Part shown: piece after piece, positions 58,101 through 64,000 of the stretch
How positions within the stretch are numbered: position 1 is the stretch's first letter
Layout of the letters: every line of letters starts with the position of its first letter
IMG/VR virus record: IMGVR_UViG_3300022752_000037
Span: 31,264-95,263 of that record
DNA length: 64,000 nt
Source: a virus
Reading direction: 5' to 3' (one strand)
Translations under genes and position numbers: made by a program
Notes under the pieces: model-generated
Seen by the model: only the letters and a program-made list of their open reading frames with translations
The model's database searches: none
Told to the model about the DNA's origin: nothing

Positions 58101-59752
58101 CCGCCCTGTCTTTTAGGTACCTGTTGTCCAGCATTTTTCAATGATTCAATAAAAGCATCTGCTCCTTTTTTCAGTGCATTCGGTAATGATGTTCCAGCAC
58201 TATCGACTATTTTTTTAAAATTCTCCGCTATTCCAAAATTAGCAGCATCGTTAAACATTTTGCCTGCATTTTTTATCACAGTACCAGCTTCGGTAGCTCC
58301 TGTTACTAGAGCTGCACTTCCAATATTAACTGCCTTTAAAAGATCTCCGCCTAATCCGCTAACATTTTCAACTGCTTTTCCTTCTCTTCCCTGCTGTGCT
58401 GCATCTGCTATTGCTGGTCGTATGCCTTTTCCTGTACCGCCGAAGTTTTCACTCAGTCCTCTCAGTGTAGTATTAAATTCTTTAAAGGCTGGATCTAATT
58501 TCCTTAATGGTTCCAACAATCCTTCATTTATAGCCACAGCAGCATCTTTGGCCCGTGCCTCAAATAATATCATTGCTGATCCAAGTTCGTTAACTTTTTT
58601 ACCTTGATCGTCTCTTCCCTGCATTTCTTTTAGAGCACGATCACGAGCCATTTTATCAAGTTCTTCGGCACTCTTGCCTCTACCTTCTTCACTTAGTTGA
58701 AGTTGTCTTAAGGCATCATGATAGCCACGTGTGGCTGTTATATTATCTGCTATAGCCTTACTGGCCACATTTCCTGTATGGTTCAGCGTGCCTAATTGTA
58801 ACTTACTGATATCTCTACTATCTTCGTAGGCTGCTGCTCGACCTTTTGCAGCGGCTTCTTGAGCTTCTTTCTCTTGTCCTCTTTGAGTGGCAAGAGCCAT
58901 ATCTCTTGTAGCAGCAGCTTGTTGACTGTTGATTGCTGCTTGAGTGGCAGCTTCTTTGGTAACTATCTGTCCTGTGGCAAATATTTCTTTGAACATTTGC
59001 CCTTGCCCACGTAATTGAGCTTCGTTATATTGTTGAGCAAAAAGAGCACGAGCTTTTGCCTCTTCTTCTGGGCCTTTGGTAGCTCCTATTAATCTAAACT
59101 TTGACTCAACAGCAGCATCTTGAGAAGCTTTTTTCATCGCCTCTGCTTGTTCTTCTCTAGACTTTCCTGTTAAACGAGCCATTAAGTCCATTTCAGTAGC
59201 TAATTTAGTAGCTGCCTCGATTGACTGTTTTTGACCTTCTTGATCCAGTTTTTGACTATATCTTGTATAAGCTAGTTGTAAAGCAAGAACTTCATTAAGG
59301 TCTTTACTTGTATAGCCTAACAATCTTAGATTATCAGTAGCAGGTTCGTCCATAAAACGTTTGCTGAGAGTAGCAAATGCCTCTGCTCCCCTAGTAACAC
59401 TACCACCTAAACCTATAAAATTTTCTCTATTTTCTTTGATTAAATTAGCGAACTCACCCAATGTTAGTCTTGTATTCGCTGCTGCTACACTAAGACCTAT
59501 AAGGTCACCTCTAAACCCTGCGCCAGCTTTGCTTAAATCCATGAATGCATCTTTAGCATTCAACAAACTTTGTGCAGTTTCTTTTCCATATCCTGGTAAC
59601 TTTTCAAAGGCTGCTATTAAAGGGTTAGTGCTTTGAGCTGTTTTGTTCAATGCAGCTTCTAGCCCGCCATCGCTATATTTTGGAGCTGCGGTTTGACTTT
59701 GAGCCCATTTCTTAAAGAATCTTTCAAATTCTAAACTTTTTTCGTCAGCCAT
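55103..59752 (-). CDS. Tape-measure-like/baseplate hub protein with internal tandem repeats (1549 aa)
   Basis: Long Ala/Gln/Glu-rich helical N-terminal half; R..GG...G.GTLVELHG.EGV motif; divergent from the gp26-like gene. Confidence 0.65.
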   Translation of the reverse strand: MADEKSLEFERFFKKWAQSQTAAPKYSDGGLEAALNKTAQSTNPLIAAFEKLPGYGKETAQSLLNAKDAFMDLSKAGAGFRGDLIGLSVAAANTRLTLGEFANLIKENRENFIGLGGSVTRGAEAFATLSKRFMDEPATDNLRLLGYTSKDLNEVLALQLAYTRYSQKLDQEGQKQSIEAATKLATEMDLMARLTGKSREEQAEAMKKASQDAAVESKFRLIGATKGPEEEAKARALFAQQYNEAQLRGQGQMFKEIFATGQIVTKEAATQAAINSQQAAATRDMALATQRGQEKEAQEAAAKGRAAAYEDSRDISKLQLGTLNHTGNVASKAIADNITATRGYHDALRQLQLSEEGRGKSAEELDKMARDRALKEMQGRDDQGKKVNELGSAMILFEARAKDAAVAINEGLLEPLRKLDPAFKEFNTTLRGLSENFGGTGKGIRPAIADAAQQGREGKAVENVSGLGGDLLKAVNIGSAALVTGATEAGTVIKNAGKMFNDAANFGIAENFKKIVDSAGTSLPNALKKGADAFIESLKNAGQQVPKRQGGSVQMTGNLFEDWGKGTLVELHGLEGVVRPDEMTNIAKGMTNQGAAKAIDNLKKQISSMHSTKGIDLNSISKDISTTVSAPIPKTPQTIELKQPTTPSKVEVINWPKDFGKSNVPPPPPSPVAKKEEAAKPVEAAKPTPTQASVRAIDNKIEKTTQEPLDIKSVTGTVISELQRAEAAKLTPTQASVRAIDNKIEKTTQEPLDIKSVTGTVISELQRAEAAKLTPTQASVRAVDNAPDVPKPDFKALTSEFGEEMKLPFGSMMDEFGSSFEKTYNDIQSTMGKVDLSGFNLKLEEINKDLIESLPVIEIQKSSEEMSGSARRFSQSYKEAMNSSVESNEEHLVYLNEKEQKRLEREKLTLGEIEQLEAKAQEQQLTYEEQLQLESLKHRIDVLKTNEEYNKAEIEATKKALNDQLELSEGIQGQIVGVTEKTNISQLDSVTQAKDAMMLEANEIASEITDLIPTDSVIAAKDAMMLEANEIAEDIAGEMSAVDIPPIQVEDVLVQARDNFMLEANEIAEDINNITKSIPAATTTLSDMTMAADEIASEMADLIPTDSVIAAKDAMMLEANNIAEDIESVMSGIEFKPIEIDDLIGDTDYISSSIKNALPFDEFAGVDKAINEQEKMLLFADDMRGGLDEVAHDIQANLGSMLDEYQQPEEEDTDYISSAIKNALPFDEFAGVDKAINEQEKMLLFADDMRGGLDEVVGDIQANLGSMIDKHLPKEEDTDYISSAIKNALPFDEFAGVDKAINEQEKMLLFADDMRGGLDEVVGDIQANLGSMIDKHLPKEEEDTDYISSAIKNALPFDEFAGLDKAIELQKNIQKNTSGMDVLAEDGSVAQGIKINPETGERYYTDIPEESKKSLDSQLKTTNPFFNEKGELDLNTIHLPGMKKYGADLKSQTQSISKKEENESSAETARLKRQAEKKSDSETSNNESKTSESKSTATVTKDATLNDVVKQLSSLNKNMQNLIDQNQKLLGDQLRAVKANNKNNFVGVY
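55668..56318 (-). repeat. 195-198-bp near-identical coding tandem repeat (3 full copies plus a partial fourth)
   Basis: CCTGCAAATTCATCAAACGGTAGTGCATTTTTTATAG starts at 55668, 55866, 56061, 56259. Confidence 0.9.
57407..57692 (-). repeat. 129-bp coding tandem repeat (~2.2 copies, 43 aa)
   Basis: TGCTCTAACACTTGCTTGAGTAGGTGTA at 57407, 57536, 57665. Confidence 0.9.
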
Positions 59753-59777
59753 TATTTTTCCAGGTAAAAACTACGTA

Positions 59778-59800
59778 TATAAATATCTATATTATATTTA
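59778..59800. promoter_or_regulatory. Face-to-face late promoters for the divergent tape-measure-like and gp26-like genes
   Basis: TATAAATA on plus (59778-59785) and TAAATA on minus (59795-59800). Confidence 0.7.
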
Positions 59801-59812
59801 TCGGATCATTTT

Positions 59813-60637
59813 ATGAATCAAAGCAATCCACTTTTGAAATATTTCAGACAACCTAAGATTTATATTAATTTGCCAAGCCGTGGACTATATTATGAAAATA
59901 ACTCATTACAAGGCAATTACGAGCAGGTTCCTATTTTTGCTATGACAGGAATGGATGAAATTATTAGTAAAACTCCGGATGCATTGTTCAGTGGAGAAGC
60001 CACAGCCAAAGTAATTGAAAGTTGTTGTCCGGTGATTAAAAATGCCAAATTGATGCCCAGTATTGATTTAGATGCGTTATTAATTGCTATAAGAATTGCT
60101 ACATTTGGTCCTACTATGAACTTTACCCAAGTTTGTAAAAATTGTAGTACTGAAAATGATTATGAAGTAGAATTAAATGTTATCATAGACTATTTTCAAA
60201 ATTTAAAATTTGTTAATACTATTAATATTGACGAAAACCTTATTATTAAAGTCAGACCTCTATTGTATGAAGAAATGAATTATTTCGCGATAGAAAATTT
60301 TAAATTACAAAAAATGTTGTATCAAACAAGAGATCTTGAAGACGTAGAGAGACAAAAAACTATTGATAAAATTTATCTCGATCTTAGTGATTTACAATTG
60401 CAGCTTTTCTTAACTGTTATTAGTTCTATTCAAATTCCTGATATGGTTGTTTCAGAAAAAGACTTTATAGAAGAATATTTAAGAAACTGTGAACGTGACC
60501 AGTACAATTTAATTAAATCTAAATTAGAAGAAAACAAAGAAACATGGGCGATTCCTAAACAAAAAATTCAATGTTCTAATTGTAAAACTGAAGATGAAAT
60601 GCAAGTAGTATTGGATCAATCTAATTTTTTCGGTTAA
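59813..60637 (+). CDS. gp26: Baseplate hub/tail assembly protein (T4 gp26/gp51-like)
   Basis: NPL..YFRQPKIYI.LPS.G, MT..DE, D.DA.LIAIRIAT.G, two CxxC pairs, ends NFFG. Confidence 0.8.
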   Translation: MNQSNPLLKYFRQPKIYINLPSRGLYYENNSLQGNYEQVPIFAMTGMDEIISKTPDALFSGEATAKVIESCCPVIKNAKLMPSIDLDALLIAIRIATFGPTMNFTQVCKNCSTENDYEVELNVIIDYFQNLKFVNTINIDENLIIKVRPLLYEEMNYFAIENFKLQKMLYQTRDLEDVERQKTIDKIYLDLSDLQLQLFLTVISSIQIPDMVVSEKDFIEEYLRNCERDQYNLIKSKLEENKETWAIPKQKIQCSNCKTEDEMQVVLDQSNFFG

Positions 60638-60864
60638 GGCTTCTAAAACTTAACAATGAGGACATACTGAAATATACAGAAAGATTAGATTTAGAAGCCA
60701 AAGAAATAAAAGATGAAATTTTTAGAATAAGTTGGTATATGAGGGGTGGCGTAAGCAGCACTGATTTATTTTATCTATACAGTTATGAAGACAGAACAAT
60801 TCTAAATCAGATTATTAAAGATAATATTGATGCTACCAAGAAGTCAGGAATAAATCTTATCTAG
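60625..60864 (+). CDS. Unannotated -1-frame ORF, probable frameshift extension of the gp26-like gene
   Basis: 79 open codons (...LKLNNEDILKYTERLDLEAKEIKDEIFRISWYMRGG...YSYEDR.IL..IIKDNI..TKKSGINLI*) beginning exactly at the T TTT TTC slippery site; no ATG/GTG/TTG until 60739. Confidence 0.75.
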   Translation, partial: FFRLRLLKLNNEDILKYTERLDLEAKEIKDEIFRISWYMRGGVSSTDLFYLYSYEDRTILNQIIKDNIDATKKSGINLI

Positions 60865-62464
60865 CCAAATATGGTAGTTGCTGTCCAGGTTTTAAAAACT
60901 GTTGTAATGGATCCGGTTTACCTTTAGCTATTTCCGACCGCCTATAGGCAGTTAAATCCCAATTTGTACTAAGACTTGAATTACTAATTAGTTCTTTATT
61001 TGGACCTTTAGCAATTAAAACACTATTATCATCTGGTTTATCTGTTAATTCACCAGTTGTAGTGTTCAAATACCAAAGACCAGAACTATTTGCTACTGGC
61101 TCCGAAGTTGCTTGACGTATAGTTCCGTTAGGAGCCGCAGGAGCATTTGTAGGAGGATTAGCACTTTGTCCTGTAGATTGAGTTTTAGAAGCAGCTTGAG
61201 CACCGGTCTGCGAATAAGCATAATGTACAGGATCTTTTATAGGTTCGGGTCGACGCCATCCTTGAGAATTCATCCATTCTTCCTCTTCTCGACTTAACGG
61301 AGGACTTACATCAATGGCCCATAGATGAAACCATTCTTTATTCTTATGTTTGTCAGGATTAGTAGGTATATATATACCTTTTTCTCCTTTTTGCCATCTA
61401 TCATAAAGATCCTGTTGTTTATCTCTAGTACGTTCTGCACTAGTTATGTTTAACTCTTTTCCAAATTTCAATCTGTATTCTTTTTTAATTTTTTCAACAG
61501 CTCTTTTACTATTGGCCAAATCCTGATCACTACCAGGTACATCATACTTTTCTTGTTTTTGATATTGACCTAATACTCGACCTAATTCTGTATCTTCGAA
61601 ATCTCTTACATCCTTGAATATATTCAATCCTAGTTCTTCTAATGCGGCAGCAGACCCTGCTATAACTGCATTAACAAATTGTTCTAACCATACTCTACCT
61701 TTATCAGAATTTAAAAAAGTAATCCAAGCAGCTTTTAAAGTCGCATTAGCTAAAACTGCCGAGGCTAAATTTAATGTAATTTTTCCACCAGTAGCCATAC
61801 CTGCGGCCAGTGCTAGCATAGCAGTAGCACTTTTAGCAATTAGGTTACCACTGATAATTTGAGCTACAACCGCAGTAGCGAATATTGCTAACTCTTTATT
61901 TCTACGAGGATCATCTGGGGGTAATGCATCAACTTTTTCATTATAAACTTCCCAGGCATACCAAATTCCCCATATTCCGACAAGTTTATTAACAAGATAA
62001 CCTAGAGCAAGCCAACGCGGAGAATTCCAGAATTTAGTCATTTTACTTTGAAATGCACTTGTAGCAGGTCTATTCATTATGTCTTGATAACTTTGAGATA
62101 TTTGACTACTAGATGCAGCAGTTTTGAAATAGGCAGCAACTTTAGAATCACTTCTTTTCTTTATTTCATCTAATACAACTTTTAGGTCATTGCCTTGAAG
62201 ATTAGGATCTAAATCTTTATGTAAAAATTTATAAAAATCAGGATCTTTAACCCTGCCAGTTTCTCTTGATTTAATTACTGCTTCTGCATATTTGTCAGAC
62301 TTAGCTTGTATGAAAGGCTCCATTCTCTTCAGTAATTCTTTTTGAGATTTAGATGCTTGATAAGCTTGTTGTGCTTTATTTAAACCTTTCTTTGCTGCAT
62401 TAGTAGCTGATTTTGCAGTAGATTTAAATACACCTGCTTCAAATACAATTTCGTGAGCTTTCAT
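60857..62464 (-). CDS. Membrane-segment protein with an M15 (VanY/endolysin-like) Zn peptidase domain
   Basis: ITSAERT...Q..LY, H..AIDV, GW, DPVHY; hydrophobic segments around aa 150-250; N-term MKAHEIVFE. Confidence 0.7.
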   Translation of the reverse strand: MKAHEIVFEAGVFKSTAKSATNAAKKGLNKAQQAYQASKSQKELLKRMEPFIQAKSDKYAEAVIKSRETGRVKDPDFYKFLHKDLDPNLQGNDLKVVLDEIKKRSDSKVAAYFKTAASSSQISQSYQDIMNRPATSAFQSKMTKFWNSPRWLALGYLVNKLVGIWGIWYAWEVYNEKVDALPPDDPRRNKELAIFATAVVAQIISGNLIAKSATAMLALAAGMATGGKITLNLASAVLANATLKAAWITFLNSDKGRVWLEQFVNAVIAGSAAALEELGLNIFKDVRDFEDTELGRVLGQYQKQEKYDVPGSDQDLANSKRAVEKIKKEYRLKFGKELNITSAERTRDKQQDLYDRWQKGEKGIYIPTNPDKHKNKEWFHLWAIDVSPPLSREEEEWMNSQGWRRPEPIKDPVHYAYSQTGAQAASKTQSTGQSANPPTNAPAAPNGTIRQATSEPVANSSGLWYLNTTTGELTDKPDDNSVLIAKGPNKELISNSSLSTNWDLTAYRRSEIAKGKPDPLQQFLKPGQQLPYLAR

Positions 62465-62471
62465 GATAAGA

Positions 62472-62477
62472 TATTTA
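62472..62477 (-). promoter_or_regulatory. Late promoter TAAATA
   Basis: 7 nt upstream of ATG 62464. Confidence 0.65.
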
Positions 62478-62479
62478 TT

Positions 62480-62922
62480 AGAAGTTGAACGTAGTTCAAC
62501 TGTTCTTCGCTCACGCTCGAACAGTTCTTCTGCGAAGCAGTTTTAATATTATCCAGATACAATGGTCACACTTTGCCCGTTAAGGGCAAAAATGACTTTA
62601 CATTATCCGAGTACGCAAGTCACATAGCGTTAGAGCTACGAGGCTGTAAAAAATTTTTACTACCTCACGCAGGCGGTCATCCGGTACCTGCTCACTCCGT
62701 CTTTACAATGACGGCAGTCTATACACATACGCTAACACATGCATAGCCGTTAGGGAGTTACCCTTCTTTTGGCCTTTCGTCCTTTTCAAACAACCAAATC
62801 GCAGGTCTTAAGCGATCTTCATCTCTGAGAGGTAGTGGTTGAGTTCTTGTTACGGCGACAAGATTCCATCCCTGTGACACGAGTCCAGGTCTAGGGCGCA
62901 CGAAATTAGGCCTGCGCTAGCC
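62480..62922 (-). ncRNA. Candidate large structured non-coding RNA (alternatively an origin or other cis element)
   Basis: Longest ORF-free gap in the window, GC-richer than flanks, at least 10 stems and two loop-distal complementarities. Confidence 0.6.
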
Positions 62923-63360
62923 TTAACCGTTTAATTGTTTGCCTTTGATATGTGAGCCATGAACACGAACAGATATCTGTCCGTTATAGTATTCGTCTGA
63001 TTCTAATACACGCCTTGAGAATTGCTCTCTTGCCTCAATGTAACTACATTCTGCCTTGGTTTTACAAAAATAAAGTATGTCTCTACGAAAGTTATCTAGG
63101 CCTAATTTTATAACATCTGCCTGTAATTCGTCATTTGATCCGTAATAGTCTCGCCAATCACTTTCTATTTTGCCTCTGATGCGTTTCTTTTTCTTGTTGC
63201 CATTCTTTAATTTCACTGTGCGAACTGTGGTCTTTGCGAATTTAGCCAGTTTTTTGCCTATGTATTTTCTATTATTGGTAAGATTGGTTATAATATAAAC
63301 AAAGCCTATATATTCTTCTTCAATTGATTCTACGATCGCATCGTTATAATACCAAGACAT
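62923..63360 (-). CDS. Small GIY-YIG endonuclease (T4 EndoII/DenA-like)
   Basis: GFVYIITN...RKYIGKK, YYGS, E and YYN motifs; Lys/Arg-rich insertion. Confidence 0.85.
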   Translation of the reverse strand: MSWYYNDAIVESIEEEYIGFVYIITNLTNNRKYIGKKLAKFAKTTVRTVKLKNGNKKKKRIRGKIESDWRDYYGSNDELQADVIKLGLDNFRRDILYFCKTKAECSYIEAREQFSRRVLESDEYYNGQISVRVHGSHIKGKQLNG

Positions 63361-63363
63361 CTA

Positions 63364-63618
63364 CTATGTATCAAGATTTCGCCTTCGAATCTTGTCTCTT
63401 GGCACACCACCTTTGCGATATTTTTCACTATATCTTCTGTGTCTTTCTTTGTAGGTATCCAACAATGCTTGTCTCATTTCTTGCGAAAGTTTAATCATCT
63501 GCATTAAGTTTGCTCTTGTTCGCTTGGCACTAGCCATAGTTCGTTCCACAGCAAACTGTTGATAATTTGTAAAATAGATACGAAACTCTCGCATCAGTCG
63601 ATCATGAAGCTCATCCAT
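63364..63618 (-). CDS. Small basic helical protein (Hc1/histone-like family resemblance)
   Basis: F....ASAKRTRANL..M.KL...MR pattern; GGAG SD supports start 63618. Confidence 0.55.
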   Translation of the reverse strand: MDELHDRLMREFRIYFTNYQQFAVERTMASAKRTRANLMQMIKLSQEMRQALLDTYKERHRRYSEKYRKGGVPRDKIRRRNLDT

Positions 63619-64000
63619 TCTCGAACTCCAAGTCATTAGCATAGCTAGTATAGCCATTTTCTTTTATAACTTTTAGCACATTATTGACACGGCCTACTAG
63701 TTCATCCTTATGACTGATTAGGTAAATGTTTTTGTTTCGTTCTCTTGCCATTTTTTTCAGTAGTGCTAGAGCACTTTCTACACCAGCAGCATCTAATCCG
63801 TTGTCTATAAGTTCATCGATAAACAGTAAATTGATATTTTGATAAAGACTTTCCCACACATCACGGAAACTCCAACTAAGTCCTAGGATTAATCTGTTGC
63901 GTTCTCCTCTGCTTAGATTGTCAAAGTCAAGCTCTTGTCCTAACTGAGTTATCTCTACGTTAAGATCATTTAAGAAACTGACTTGATGAGGTAGTCCCAT
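63611..64000 (-). CDS. gp46: Recombination endonuclease ATPase subunit (SbcC/Rad50), 3' end
   Basis: ABC signature LSRGE, Walker B LFIDE, H-loop ISH. Confidence 0.92.
   Translation of the reverse strand: MGLPHQVSFLNDLNVEITQLGQELDFDNLSRGERNRLILGLSWSFRDVWESLYQNINLLFIDELIDNGLDAAGVESALALLKKMARERNKNIYLISHKDELVGRVNNVLKVIKENGYTSYANDLEFENG

Noticed and set aside
460-61862. Numerous short plus-strand ORFs (e.g. 31376..31849, 51875..52333, 57984..58607) and nested minus-strand ORFs in the ORF track
   Set aside because: They are antisense or alternate-frame shadows of long, motif-bearing genes, have low-complexity translations and lack SD or promoter support
62480-63360. Group I intron with a GIY-YIG homing endonuclease, or RNase P/tmRNA/tRNA
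   Set aside because: Flanking genes are intact with no interrupted exon, and I could not find group I P7 consensus, the RNase P GAGGAAAGUCC motif, or tRNA-like T-arm and CCA ends; a covariance-model search is still needed
1-64000. Alternative genetic code (stop-codon reassignment, as seen in some large phages)
   Set aside because: Core genes are full length in code 11, and TAA, TGA and TAG all occur as apparent stops at tight gene junctions

Overview
64 kb, AT-rich segment of a large T4-like (myovirus, probably jumbo) bacteriophage genome covering most of the virion morphogenesis region, mostly on the minus strand and in the standard genetic code. Recognisable core genes: tail tube (gp19), sheath (gp18), neck gp13/gp14, tail terminator gp15, major capsid gp23, scaffold gp22, prohead protease gp21, portal gp20, a tape-measure-like protein, a gp26-like baseplate hub protein, dNMP kinase, a GIY-YIG nuclease and the 3' end of gp46/SbcC. 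A ~38 kb accessory block (about 9.9-48.4 kb) holds tail-fibre and virion-appendage genes. It includes a 2785-aa giant protein, nine tandem paralogous fibre-tip proteins with interspersed chaperones, and a late-promoter operon of modifying enzymes (U32 Fe-S/methyltransferase fusion, flavin-dependent halogenase, 2OG-Fe(II) oxygenase). T4-type late promoters (TAAATA) punctuate the window. The strongest leads are: (1) repeated phycobiliprotein-like helical domains with a conserved C-x-R-D motif in two giant virion proteins; (2) a ~450-nt densely structured, pseudoknotted non-coding region downstream of the GIY-YIG gene; (3) the tip-protein array together with blue-copper domains and the modifying-enzyme operon; (4) an unannotated -1 frameshift extension of the gp26-like gene. 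All assignments come from reading motifs by eye; no database search was run. No tRNA, rRNA or CRISPR array was seen, and the host cannot be determined from this window.
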